From Candidatus Iainarchaeum sp. (lineage in GTDB: Archaea; Iainarchaeota; Iainarchaeia; Iainarchaeales; VGJJ01), in the NCBI GenBank assembly GCA_043803765.1, contig JAZDJQ010000012.1:96001-160000 (forward strand): a stretch of DNA of 64,000 nucleotides. Direction: 5' to 3'. A model generated the notes under the pieces. It saw only the letters and a list, made by a program, of their open reading frames with translations. It had not been told where the DNA came from and did not search any database. Each line of letters starts with the position of its first letter. Positions within the stretch are counted from its first letter, which is position 1. Positions 48,981-58,485 of this stretch are shown piece after piece. Position numbers and translations under genes: made by a program.

Positions 48981-49553
48981 ATGGATCGAATTATTCCAGT
49001 TATTGCGATTGGTGTCGTCGTGATACTCGTCGCCGGCTTATTGGTGATGGGCATTTACAATGGGGAGGTTTCCCGTGATCAAGGCGTTCAATCGCAATGG
49101 TCCAACGTAGAAACCGAATACCAGAAACGGTTTGATTTGGTTCCTCAGCTCGTAAGTGTGGTAAAAGGTGCAGCGTCATTCGAGCAGGAGACGCTCAACC
49201 AATTAACAGCTCTGCGTTCCCAATGGCAGACCCAAACAAGCGTGAGTGACCGGATGGATACGGCAAACCAGTTTGAGTCCACGTTATCAAAACTCTTGCT
49301 GATTACGGAGAATTATCCCGAGTTGAAGTCGAATGAACAATTCCAAACATTGCAAATCCAATTAGAGGGAATTGAAAACCGTGTCTCCGTTGAGCGCAAA
49401 AAATACAATGATTCTGCACGAGAATACAATACCTATATTCGTGTATTTCCTAATACGTTTTTCTTAGGAGGAAAAGAATTGAAGATATTCTTTGAATCAA
49501 CTGCGGGATCGGAAGTTGCCCCTATTGTGCCGGACGACTTTACGAATAATTAA
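48981..49553 (+). CDS. lemA: LemA family protein
   Basis: WSNVETEYQKRFDLVPQLV, ENYPELKSN, ENRVSVERKKYN. Confidence 0.92.
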   Translation: MDRIIPVIAIGVVVILVAGLLVMGIYNGEVSRDQGVQSQWSNVETEYQKRFDLVPQLVSVVKGAASFEQETLNQLTALRSQWQTQTSVSDRMDTANQFESTLSKLLLITENYPELKSNEQFQTLQIQLEGIENRVSVERKKYNDSAREYNTYIRVFPNTFFLGGKELKIFFESTAGSEVAPIVPDDFTNN

Positions 49554-49565
49554 AGGAGACGCATC

Positions 49566-50501
49566 ATGCGTGCGTTTCCTTTCCTTCTTTTTTTTCTTCT
49601 TCTTTCTTCGATTACATGGGCACAGGCAGTTCCTCCTTCTCCAATTGGATATGTACTTGATACGGCAGGTGTTCTAACTTCTGCACAAATAGGAGACATC
49701 GAATCACGATTAAATGCATTGGAACAATCCGCTACGGTAGAGATTGCCGTCTACATTTTTCCTTCTCTTGAGGGAGGAGACATGTTTGAGTATACGCAGC
49801 GTGTTTTCGATACATGGAAAATTGGTCAGAGTGGAAAAAACAACGGCCTCCTCATTACGATAGCAACGCAGGATAGAGCGTGGCGCATTCATACAGGGTA
49901 TGGGGTTGAAGGAGCCGTTCCAGATGCATTGGCATACAAAATAGGGCAAAAGAAAATGGTCCCCTTTCTTGCAGAAGGAAAATACTACGATGGCATAATG
50001 GCAGCATTGGATGATATCGAAGGAATCGTGAAAGAAAACCCTGAAGTGGTAGCGGAATACACGGATGCGCCTGTTGAATTCGAGTTGTTCGATTTGGGTT
50101 TCCGTATGGCCATACTCGCAGTTCTCCTGCTGGTAGGTATTGTATGGAAAATAAGGAAGCAGATACCAAGTAAGAATTGGGTCACAGTAGGAACCCCCAA
50201 TTTCATTTTGCTCCTCCTCATAGGCTTCGTCATTTCCTTTTTTCTCACAGCTTGGGGATTTTTCCTTTTCAATGGATTATACCCATTCACATTCCTATCT
50301 GGAATTTACGCATACTGGTTGCTCTTCTCTTCATTCCCATGGAAGATGATTAGTGGTAAAAATACGGGAATGGGCAGTGGAATGTTCATTGGTGGAATGG
50401 GTGGTCGGCGTGGAAGCGGAGGATTTGGTGGAGGAAGTTTTGGCGGGGGAGGATTTGGCGGCGGAATGAGTGGCGGCGGTGGCGCGGGTGGACGTTTTTA
50501 G
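49566..50501 (+). CDS. TPM domain (YgcG-like) membrane protein
   Basis: YVLDTAGVL, WKIGQSGKNNGLLI, GYGVEG, Gly-rich tail GGGAGGRF; typical partner of LemA. Confidence 0.9.
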   Translation: MRAFPFLLFFLLLSSITWAQAVPPSPIGYVLDTAGVLTSAQIGDIESRLNALEQSATVEIAVYIFPSLEGGDMFEYTQRVFDTWKIGQSGKNNGLLITIATQDRAWRIHTGYGVEGAVPDALAYKIGQKKMVPFLAEGKYYDGIMAALDDIEGIVKENPEVVAEYTDAPVEFELFDLGFRMAILAVLLLVGIVWKIRKQIPSKNWVTVGTPNFILLLLIGFVISFFLTAWGFFLFNGLYPFTFLSGIYAYWLLFSSFPWKMISGKNTGMGSGMFIGGMGGRRGSGGFGGGSFGGGGFGGGMSGGGGAGGRF

Positions 50502-50678
50502 ATTTTAGAGTAAAAACTTTTTTTTTTATTCGCTCAAATTCCCAATATGAAAAGCAGATAGGGTTTCACGTGCACAAAATAAATGCAGTACTCCTTCTCC
50601 CATGAGTCAGAGATAATTCTTTGCTATACTCGTTTTGGAAACCGATGAAAAAAGAAAGTAATTTCCACCTAAAAAATA

Positions 50679-50750
50679 AGCCCTCGGTGGGATTCGAACC
50701 CACGGCCTGCGGTTTACAAAACCGCTGCTCTACCACTGAGCCACGAGGGC
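50679..50750 (-). tRNA. tRNA-Thr(TGT)
   Basis: GCCCTCG..GCGGT-TT-TGT-AA-ACCGC..GGTTCGAATCCCACCGAGGGCT. Confidence 0.95.
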
Positions 50751-50900
50751 GGTATTTATTTTTTCAACGACCTTTCTGTAAAAGGTCGAGGTGGCTACAT
50801 TGCGGGGTTTCCTTTCGTCAACCCGGCGGTAGGCCTACTCATGACAAGATTGAGAAATCAATATTAAAGCAAGTGGTTGTGTTGTTCAAAAAATAGGGAA

Positions 50901-50923
50901 AAGCGGTCTCCGGAAGACCGCTT
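50901..50923 (-). terminator. Hairpin terminator after the basic protein gene
   Basis: aagcggtct-ccgga-agaccgctt followed by a T-tract on the minus strand. Confidence 0.55.
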
Positions 50924-50935
50924 AGGTTCAGTTAC

Positions 50936-51118
50936 TTATTTTCGGCGGATTTTACGCTTGGTTGAGCGTCTTTTCACCGAACGCACTTTTCGCGCGACTT
51001 TTCGAACAGCTTTCACTGTTTTTGTAGTGCGCGTAGCGCGGATGGTTTTACGGCTTGTCTTTCGACGAGTCGTTTTACGAGTGCTTTTATGCACGCGTAC
51101 TTTTGTTTTTGTTTTCAC
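50936..51118 (-). CDS. Extremely basic 60 aa protein (histone H1/protamine-like)
   Basis: 30 of 60 residues are K/R, none acidic; RBS ggaggt, GTG start, downstream hairpin. Confidence 0.65.
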   Translation of the reverse strand: MKTKTKVRVHKSTRKTTRRKTSRKTIRATRTTKTVKAVRKVARKVRSVKRRSTKRKIRRK

Positions 51119-51257
51119 GTTGTTTTACCTCCAACGTATGTTATGTATATACATTATGTTGACATTTCGTATTTAAACGTTACGAATCCCTAAATGTTCG
51201 CAAAATAACGTATTTTAGCACAAAATAAAAGAAAAAAACAGGTAATGGAAAAATAAT

Positions 51258-51929
51258 ATGCCACTCGCATCTGCTGAAAAAATTACGGCATGTCAAAAGT
51301 GTGGAGAGTGTTGTAGGCGCTATGCCATTTCTGTTCTTCCCAATGAAGTGCGTAAGCAAGCAAAGGCATTGAACATTTCGAAAGAACAATTCCTGCGCAT
51401 TTACACCCAGCTTTTGTTGCAAATCACATCGGCTCACTCGGGAGAGCATCCGTTATCCATTCATACCAGTATGCTTCCTAAAGATTTTGTAGAAATATTA
51501 CAAAAAAGAGGCATTGATACAGAATATGTAATGCTGCTTCCCATGATTGGATTCAAGAAAAAAGAATACTGCGTTTTTTTTGACCATGATTCTTTTGGTT
51601 GTGCGATTCATCCGGTGAAACCATTGCAGTGTTCTCTCTTTCCTTTTGTCGGGATTAATGTGGATGATTATGCTAAAGAGTATACTTTCTGCGAGATGGC
51701 GCGCATCACCAGTCCAACTAAATATACGTATGCCCAAGTTGGATTGCATGGAAAGAATATGAAAGAGTATTTTGATACAGTTGCGAGTGAAGGAATGGAA
51801 AAAGTATGGCCTTTTATTCCAGCAAAAGGAGTATTATTAGTGAAGGGAAATCCCATTGGGACTATTTATTGGGCTGCTCTCAAAGAATGGTTGGATGCGG
51901 CGCGCACCAAAAAAAAGAATGATGCCTAA
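51258..51929 (+). CDS. YkgJ/CxxCxxCC cysteine-cluster protein
   Basis: CQKCGECC, CVFF..CAIHPVKPLQCSLFPF. Confidence 0.85.
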   Translation: MPLASAEKITACQKCGECCRRYAISVLPNEVRKQAKALNISKEQFLRIYTQLLLQITSAHSGEHPLSIHTSMLPKDFVEILQKRGIDTEYVMLLPMIGFKKKEYCVFFDHDSFGCAIHPVKPLQCSLFPFVGINVDDYAKEYTFCEMARITSPTKYTYAQVGLHGKNMKEYFDTVASEGMEKVWPFIPAKGVLLVKGNPIGTIYWAALKEWLDAARTKKKNDA

Positions 51930-52063
51930 ATGGCGCATCTGCTATCATGATCTTGCTCCCATCGTAGTGTGAAGAAGACTCGTATTTGGGTATATTTCAA
52001 CCAAACCATTCCTAAAGGAATATAACTTCTTCATCTTGATTATTCTGGAGGGAGGATAATACT

Positions 52064-52681
52064 ATGAAAAAAAATTTGGTTCTAATAAAAGTCTTTATGC
52101 TCGCGCTGGTAGTCATGGGAGTGGCTCCTTCGGCGGCTGCGGCGCCCGAGGCGATTTTCGGATGGAATGCACACGTTGATGACATCGTGTTTGCGGCGGC
52201 ACCCGGCGGAGCCCCTTCGACGGTCGGCTTCGAAATAGGATACAATAAGGGGAACACAATCGATAAGTTCACCATCACCGAAACAGGGGAGTACACCCAT
52301 AGTATCACCGAGGGTGATGGGGATACCCTCAAAGTGGTGATAAAGGAAACGAATGATAAACTGAAGAATGCGAATGGCATTCTTATCAAGAAAAACGAGT
52401 TCACGGTTCGCCGTCTAATTTACAACGGTGAAAGAGTTGATATCGACAAGAAAATCCTCAAAGTGAGGATACGGATGGGCATAGATGGTAAAAAAGATGA
52501 AATCGTCCAAAGACTTGTCAGGAAAGCGAATGGAAGGGAATTAGTGAGAATGGAATATAATGTCAAAAAAGACCAGACTAAGGTCTTTGAAGACGATGAA
52601 CTGGTTGCCACAATCAATCATTATTATCCATTGTATGTAACCACCAGTAATGGGAAAATAAAATGGGCCGGAATCATCTAA
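52064..52681 (+). CDS. Secreted hypothetical protein
   Basis: Signal peptide; RBS ggagga. Confidence 0.7.
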   Translation: MKKNLVLIKVFMLALVVMGVAPSAAAAPEAIFGWNAHVDDIVFAAAPGGAPSTVGFEIGYNKGNTIDKFTITETGEYTHSITEGDGDTLKVVIKETNDKLKNANGILIKKNEFTVRRLIYNGERVDIDKKILKVRIRMGIDGKKDEIVQRLVRKANGRELVRMEYNVKKDQTKVFEDDELVATINHYYPLYVTTSNGKIKWAGII

Positions 52682-52837
52682 CGGCCTTATTCTTCCTTTC
52701 CTGGAATGGTTTCCATTGGAAGTAGTAATCGATTCAGACGGTCTTATGAATTTTTCTTTTTCCGGATGACGAATCGATTCGTTTTTTCATTTTTTTTATC
52801 TACCTATTCAAACAGGCAGAATTCTAAGCGAGCGAAT

Positions 52838-53263
52838 CTAATACTGGACGCTGCCGAGTCCTTGGTCCGTTCCAGGAGATATCGGCTGGTTAAACTTTAG
52901 CGTGAGTTGGAATCCATTTTTGGCAATGGCTTTAACAAGCGTCCCGTCCCACATCTGCATTCCTAACAAAAATCCAACGTGCAAGTCACCATAAATTCCT
53001 TCCTTGAGATTCATGAACCGTCCTGAGCAGGAAACGATGCGCCCATTCTTTAGTTCGGTTGAATTAAATCGGTTTCTTGTGAAGTAATTAATCGTGGCTT
53101 CCTTTAATTGTCCATCCGCTCTCACGGCCGAGGCTTCGCGTAATCCATGTTGTCGCATGGCATCTTTCAAACCTGATAATACGTTATCTCCTTCATCAAA
53201 AACAAGTGTTAACTCTCTTTCGACACTTTTTCCCGTAAAAACCGTTGTGTCAACCTGACTCAT
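52838..53263 (-). CDS. PPC/DUF296 domain protein
   Basis: FDEGDNVLSGL..GQLKEATI..DLHV..GTL. Confidence 0.72.
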   Translation of the reverse strand: MSQVDTTVFTGKSVERELTLVFDEGDNVLSGLKDAMRQHGLREASAVRADGQLKEATINYFTRNRFNSTELKNGRIVSCSGRFMNLKEGIYGDLHVGFLLGMQMWDGTLVKAIAKNGFQLTLKFNQPISPGTDQGLGSVQY

Positions 53264-53382
53264 GATGGTATTCCCCCTGCGCCAAACTCATTAGTTTACC
53301 CATACACGCTTGAACTTTATAGACTCTCCGCGCATAATGTAGAAACAATTGTTTTTAGAGGAGAAACTCCCTTCCTGCTAGT

Positions 53383-53934
53383 ATGTCCATTATTGCCCTT
53401 CACGAAAAGTGCTCCACGTGTCAATTATGTCCGCTTGGAAAAACGCGTAGTCATGCCGTTCCGGGAGAGGGCCCCTCTACTCCTTCTGTTATGCTTATTG
53501 GTGAAGCACCCGGTCGTAATGAGGATGAGCAGGGAAGACCATTTTGCGGTGCTGCTGGAAAAAAATTGGATATGTTGCTTGAAAACGCGGGTCTTCAACG
53601 GAGCAATGTGTTTATTACTTCGGTTGTAAAATGTCGTCCTCCCAATAATCGTGTTCCAACAGAAAACGAGGCGTTTACATGCAAATCAACTTTTTTACTT
53701 CCCCAAATCCAATTACTTAAGCCAGTGGTTATTGGTCTTATGGGTAGAACCGCTATTCAACATGTGTTAGGTGAGGATGTTTCCCTCACGCAGATGCATG
53801 GAAAAATAATAACCCACAACGGGCAACAGTATGTAATATTATACCACCCTGCCGCGATGATTTATAATGCATCGTTACAGTCCGTACTAGAGAAGGACTT
53901 CAAGGAACTTGGGGTGTTCTTGCGCACGATGTAA
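53383..53934 (+). CDS. udg: Family 4 uracil-DNA glycosylase (Fe-S)
   Basis: CQLC, GEAPG..ED..GRPF, KCRPPNNR, YHPAA. Confidence 0.93.
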   Translation: MSIIALHEKCSTCQLCPLGKTRSHAVPGEGPSTPSVMLIGEAPGRNEDEQGRPFCGAAGKKLDMLLENAGLQRSNVFITSVVKCRPPNNRVPTENEAFTCKSTFLLPQIQLLKPVVIGLMGRTAIQHVLGEDVSLTQMHGKIITHNGQQYVILYHPAAMIYNASLQSVLEKDFKELGVFLRTM

Positions 53935-54044
53935 AAAAAATAAAGCAAATAAAATATTGTATAAAATAACAAGGAACGTGCCCTTTTTTCTCTTCTTTTC
54001 CTAACGAATAATGGGAACGTTTTTAGGCAGAGGAAATACTCCTT

Positions 54045-54682
54045 ATGCCTATGACTTCAAGACGACGAATCTTCAATCAGGGTGTAGGAAGGTGGTTGCG
54101 TCTCTTGCAAGCGCGGCCGAAAAGCCGAATTCCTGAAAAGGGCCGGTATTCCCTCCAATACCCTTTCATGCTCATCCAGTAAGTCCGGCAGAAAAGGTTT
54201 ACGCGGCGCAGGTGCATCAAAACACGCTGGCATTTTTGCGCAAGGAAAAAGAAAGAAATCCATATAACTTAAACGAACTCCGTTGGGATGTTTCATCGGC
54301 GGATCGAACGAATTTTAATTTACAGAAAGGAAACGTAATTAAATTCATGGCAAGGGAAATAGCCAAAAGGAGGTTTCATTCTATTCTACAAAGAAATCTG
54401 ATAAAAACAATTGAGTATGCAATCAGTATCGGCGCTTTCAGTGGGAATGTTGATACGATGTGGAAGACAATCGAACAAAATAGGGAAAGAATTCAACAAA
54501 ACACGATTAGTATTCCGACGGAACAATGGCAGGCAATACGCCGTCAGCTTGCATCTATTTTTCATCCACTTGAAGCAGATTCAAGGCTTCGTAAAGACCA
54601 GACTGCGTGGCACACGTATGTTTGGTCAGTCGTTCTCTTTGGTGGATTTATAGAAGTATTTGCATCCCAAGAAAAAAAGTGA
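54045..54682 (+). pseudogene. Hypothetical protein, probably frameshifted near 54135
   Basis: ATG ORF MPMTSRRRIF..IPEK continues in another frame as GPVFPPIPF..AQVHQNTL (ORF 54212..54682). Confidence 0.45.
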
Positions 54683-54801
54683 TAAGTGATTCGTCGAGTA
54701 TTTTATTGTATTGAAACGCGGGCAGGAATCTTCCAAAAAAAATCTTCACTAGAAGAAAAAAAAATGGGGAGTTCATTCCCCCCATGAAAAATAAAAGATA
54801 A

Positions 54802-55224
54802 TTATACGCATTTCCCGAATGAACATACTTTATTCTGGTCACCACAATTGTAAGTGAACGCGTATACGTTCAAATCGGAGATGAACGGACCGGAAATATC
54901 CGCACCGCACGCAAACTCAACGAGGGTATTGGCATCCGCACAGTAGTCGAATTTGTTTGCCTTCGTCATGTTGGCATCCGTAAAGGTCACATTTAAATCT
55001 CCCATCAATAGTGGATTAAATCCATCATCGGAATCCACGCATAAGGAAGCATTGGTATCGCCTACCGCTACAATAACAGCAGAATACGACTGATTATTGT
55101 CCGTCACGGTCGTAGGAATCCCTGGAACGACTCGATTAAAGCCGGCCAATACCATTGGAACCATCACCAGGGCTATTAGTGTAAGACTACCTAAAAGGTA
55201 GAAAAAATTATTTCTTTTCAACAT
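54802..55224 (-). CDS. Secreted Cys-rich protein (C-x-D-S-D-x-G module)
   Basis: CVDSDDGFNP..DYCADANTLVEFAC; paralogue of 42670..43098. Confidence 0.72.
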   Translation of the reverse strand: MLKRNNFFYLLGSLTLIALVMVPMVLAGFNRVVPGIPTTVTDNNQSYSAVIVAVGDTNASLCVDSDDGFNPLLMGDLNVTFTDANMTKANKFDYCADANTLVEFACGADISGPFISDLNVYAFTYNCGDQNKVCSFGKCV

Positions 55225-55310
55225 ATTTAATCATCACTCCTCACTCCCAAAAGGGTAGTACATTCATCTAATCCAAATTGATATAATAATGTTCCTATAA
55301 AAAAACAATC

Positions 55311-56000
55311 TTATGCACGTGACACAAGTTGAATAACGTTCAAATCGCTTCCGTTTTTAACAGAATATTTTCCTTTTGCTGCGTTCACGATTATGTTTCC
55401 TACTTTGCTTGGTTTCATTCCCTTGTAGTGTGTCATTCGTGTAGCCGTATAATCCGGATTTACTGCATACCACCTAATTTGCGGATAATCAATCGCCATT
55501 CCTTTTGTGAAACCCCGTACGCCGAATTTTGTAGCACAATACACGGACATTTTGGGATATGCATTCCTTCCCGCTTCGCTTGCAACATTCACAATACATT
55601 CTTTTACAAATGGAAGAAATATTTTTGTTACACGTATGGGGCCAAGCAGATTTACGAAAACTTCTTCTTCTATGCTTTCCATGGGATGTTCCAATAATGG
55701 TTTGTGCACAAATATTCCGGCATTATTCACTAACACGTCGATTTTTTTCCTTTTTTTCAACACATTTCGTTTTAATTGTTGAATGCTTCCTTCTTTTTTC
55801 ACGTCTAATGAAAAAATATGCGCGCTTTTTGCTCCTTTTTTTAGGCATTCTTCTTTTGCTTGCCGTGCCTCCTCTTCATCTTGGTAATAAGTTAACAGCA
55901 CGTGACATTTCTGTCGTGCAAACGCAAGAGCGGTAGCCCTTCCTATTCCTAACGAAGAACCGGTAATGAGAACGGTCTTTCCTTCGAGTGCAGATGCCAT
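55311..56000 (-). CDS. Short-chain dehydrogenase/reductase
   Basis: TGSSLGIG, NNAG, YCATK. Confidence 0.9.
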   Translation of the reverse strand: MASALEGKTVLITGSSLGIGRATALAFARQKCHVLLTYYQDEEEARQAKEECLKKGAKSAHIFSLDVKKEGSIQQLKRNVLKKRKKIDVLVNNAGIFVHKPLLEHPMESIEEEVFVNLLGPIRVTKIFLPFVKECIVNVASEAGRNAYPKMSVYCATKFGVRGFTKGMAIDYPQIRWYAVNPDYTATRMTHYKGMKPSKVGNIIVNAAKGKYSVKNGSDLNVIQLVSRA

Positions 56001-56078
56001 AAAAAAAGCAGTGTTCCCTCCTTTATTACTATTTCCCTGCCCCCTCCTTTTTCTACTTGAAACACGTTCAAAAGATGC

Positions 56079-56396
56079 ATGCACGAACAACGTATTATCA
56101 ACAAAGTCATCCAGCTAGGAAAACTAGCCGGTGCCAAACGAAAAGTTCGGATAGAAGTAGGCGAATTATGTGATATTTCCCCTGAACATCTAAAGGAACA
56201 CCTCAAAGGGCAAATTGTTGAATGGGAAATAGAAACCATTTACAGAAAAGCCAAAGTAAAATGTTCGTGCGGTTATAGTGGAACGCCTCGCATTATTGAA
56301 CGCGGGCATGATTTTGTGTTGTTCAATTGTCCTTCTTGTGGGGAAAAACCTATTGTAGTAGAAGGTGGAGAAATTAAGATTGTTGGAGTGGAGTGA
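56079..56396 (+). CDS. hypA: Hydrogenase nickel metallochaperone HypA
   Basis: MHE N-terminus, IEVGEL, CSCG..CPSCG, GGEIKI. Confidence 0.88.
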   Translation: MHEQRIINKVIQLGKLAGAKRKVRIEVGELCDISPEHLKEHLKGQIVEWEIETIYRKAKVKCSCGYSGTPRIIERGHDFVLFNCPSCGEKPIVVEGGEIKIVGVE

Positions 56397-56403
56397 GCGT
56401 AAT

Positions 56404-56613
56404 ATGTGTCTTGCCGTTCCGGGAAAAATCATTTCGATTGAGAATAGCATTGCCACGGTAGACTATGGAAGTGAAAAACGCCGGGCTAAAATCGTGGTGG
56501 GCGATTACCATATTGGGGATTTTGTCCTCGTACAAGCCAAATTAGTTGTAGAAAAGATTCCTCGCGAGCAGGTGCAGGCGTGGTTGGATGTAGTGAGACA
56601 AAATGAAACCTGA
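56404..56613 (+). CDS. hypC: HypC/HupF hydrogenase chaperone
   Basis: MCLAVPGKI..GDFVLV. Confidence 0.9.
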   Translation: MCLAVPGKIISIENSIATVDYGSEKRRAKIVVGDYHIGDFVLVQAKLVVEKIPREQVQAWLDVVRQNET

Positions 56614-57076
56614 AATTCTTTTTGTAAAGTATGCTTTCCCTTGTGCATTCATTCTTCGTGAGCGGAATGAAATAACAGAAGAAGAATTATCCATGATTGA
56701 ACAGGCGGCGTTGCACGAAAAAATACTCCCGCGTGATTTTCTTGAACGTGTTTTTTTTCGTGCGTTTAATAGAATCGATAGACTTGCAAACGAAATGAAG
56801 AAAAGAAGATGGGACTATGAAGTGATTCATTCCTATTTTGTTTCTCGTCATAATGAGATTATTTCGAATGGTAGCGAAGCGTATGAACATGCCCCTGACT
56901 CCTTGCGTGAACTATGTAAGGTATATTCTGCCAAAATTCAATCTATTCAGGATACCACTCTTGTGGTAAAATATGGGGATAAAATCCGTCCTGTGTGCGG
57001 AGAGATGATTCCTTTCCCAAAAATTGGGGAAAACGTCACGATTCATTACGGGTATGCAATTGAGCGGGTGAAATAA
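56603..57076 (+). CDS. Hydrogenase-associated protein (DUF6390-like, HypC-like C-terminus)
   Basis: KYAFPC ... LCKV ... GENVTIHYGYAIE. Confidence 0.6.
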   Translation: MKPEILFVKYAFPCAFILRERNEITEEELSMIEQAALHEKILPRDFLERVFFRAFNRIDRLANEMKKRRWDYEVIHSYFVSRHNEIISNGSEAYEHAPDSLRELCKVYSAKIQSIQDTTLVVKYGDKIRPVCGEMIPFPKIGENVTIHYGYAIERVK

Positions 57077-57956
57077 CAGGGAAGGAATGGGCATGCGCCT
57101 GTAAGGCGAGCACTATTCCTATTCCCACTAATAAAATGCCAATCACCTGCGAAAGAGAAATAGTAGTTCCTCCGACAAGAGTAGACAAAAGCAGGGTGAT
57201 AGGTGATCCTAATAACAAGATACTGGTGGCGACGGAAACCGGAACGAGTTTGAGTCCATTATAGTACGTGTACACGTACAGGAAAAGCATTCCGGATGTG
57301 AATGCGACCCACATCCATGCATCCGCCGTTAAAGAAAAAATACCGGATATTCCGCCAGTGTACAGCAAATACAACAAAATGAATCCCCCTCCTAATGTCA
57401 TACGTGCTGCCCCAACGATGTTCCCCGAAAGAGTCTGCAATGCGTGTTTTGAAATTATGTTTTCCAATGCCCAAAATAATGTAGCTAGGAGAATCAACCA
57501 TTCTCCTTCCCCAAAAGTAAAAGAAGATATATTCAATAACAAAAAGTTTCCTGCTAATAATGCTGAAGCGGCTCCGACCATTTTCAAATTCATCTTTTCA
57601 CGCAGTAATACAACGGCAAGTATGGATGAAAAAAGAAAGAGTGTTTTTTGAATAAATGCACCGGATGCTGCTGTTGCAATAGCTAATCCCTGAAAAAAAA
57701 GAACAAAGGGAATCGCCCCTCCTACTAATCCAATCAATACTAATTGCCCCCATTTTCTTGGAGAAAGAGTCCGGACTTCTTTCCATTCTTTTAGAAAAAG
57801 TATCAAACCGATGAGTAATATCCCCACTATTGCATTCTTGAGAAATGTGAAAAGGGTCGGGTTGATAGTAGCGAGGGCAAATTTGTTTAGAAACACAGCA
57901 AACCCGCTCAGTAATGCAGTAGTAAAAACGAGGAGAATTCCTTTTTGTTCCGACAT
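57036..57956 (-). CDS. DMT/EamA family transporter
   Basis: Two EamA repeats, LLREK motif, about 10 TM. Confidence 0.85.
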   Translation of the reverse strand: MSEQKGILLVFTTALLSGFAVFLNKFALATINPTLFTFLKNAIVGILLIGLILFLKEWKEVRTLSPRKWGQLVLIGLVGGAIPFVLFFQGLAIATAASGAFIQKTLFLFSSILAVVLLREKMNLKMVGAASALLAGNFLLLNISSFTFGEGEWLILLATLFWALENIISKHALQTLSGNIVGAARMTLGGGFILLYLLYTGGISGIFSLTADAWMWVAFTSGMLFLYVYTYYNGLKLVPVSVATSILLLGSPITLLLSTLVGGTTISLSQVIGILLVGIGIVLALQAHAHSFPVISPAQLHTRNES

Positions 57957-58005
57957 ACCCTGAACAACAGAATAGTCATATATATGCGTTCACATTCCAT
58001 TCCGC

Positions 58006-58485
58006 ATGCCCCATAAGCTTGCGATAGGGTGGTTTTCCTTTTCCTGCTGCGAGGATTCAACCATTGTTTTTACGGAGTTGCTAAACGACCATTTTGACGA
58101 ATGGTCCAAGGTCGTGGACTTCCAGCATGTCCGCATTCTAAAGAAGAACAACAAAATCCACAACTTGGACGTGGCCTTCGTTGAAGGGGCCATTGCCTCG
58201 GATGAGGATGCTCTTAAGCTTAAGGAAATTAGGAAAAACTGCAAGAAGCTTATTGCCATTGGTTCCTGTGCTATTAATGGAATGCCTTCTGCTCAACGGA
58301 ATACGTTTGATGAGGGGAAATTGAAAGAGATTGAGTTTCTCATTGAAAAATTTCATCAAGCAAAAAAAGTGCGTACGATTGGGGAAATTGTTAAAGTGGA
58401 TGACCATGTTCCCGGATGCCCGATGAGTGAGACCGCTTTTTTGGATGTGTTGAATAAAACGTTGAAGGAGTTCAAAATAGTATGA
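58006..58485 (+). CDS. [NiFe]-hydrogenase small subunit (group 3-like, short; proximal cluster only)
   Basis: FSCCED, DVAFVEGAI, IAIGSCA, VPGCP. Confidence 0.88.
   Translation: MPHKLAIGWFSFSCCEDSTIVFTELLNDHFDEWSKVVDFQHVRILKKNNKIHNLDVAFVEGAIASDEDALKLKEIRKNCKKLIAIGSCAINGMPSAQRNTFDEGKLKEIEFLIEKFHQAKKVRTIGEIVKVDDHVPGCPMSETAFLDVLNKTLKEFKIV

Noticed and set aside
50380-50500. GGC/GGA-rich tandem-like tract
   Set aside because: Encodes the ordinary Gly-rich tail of TPM proteins.
53940-54030. Possible fifth copy of the ~100 bp repeat (also 1480-1530)
   Set aside because: Similarity is limited to low-complexity ccc-T-tract segments; terminal repeats are absent.
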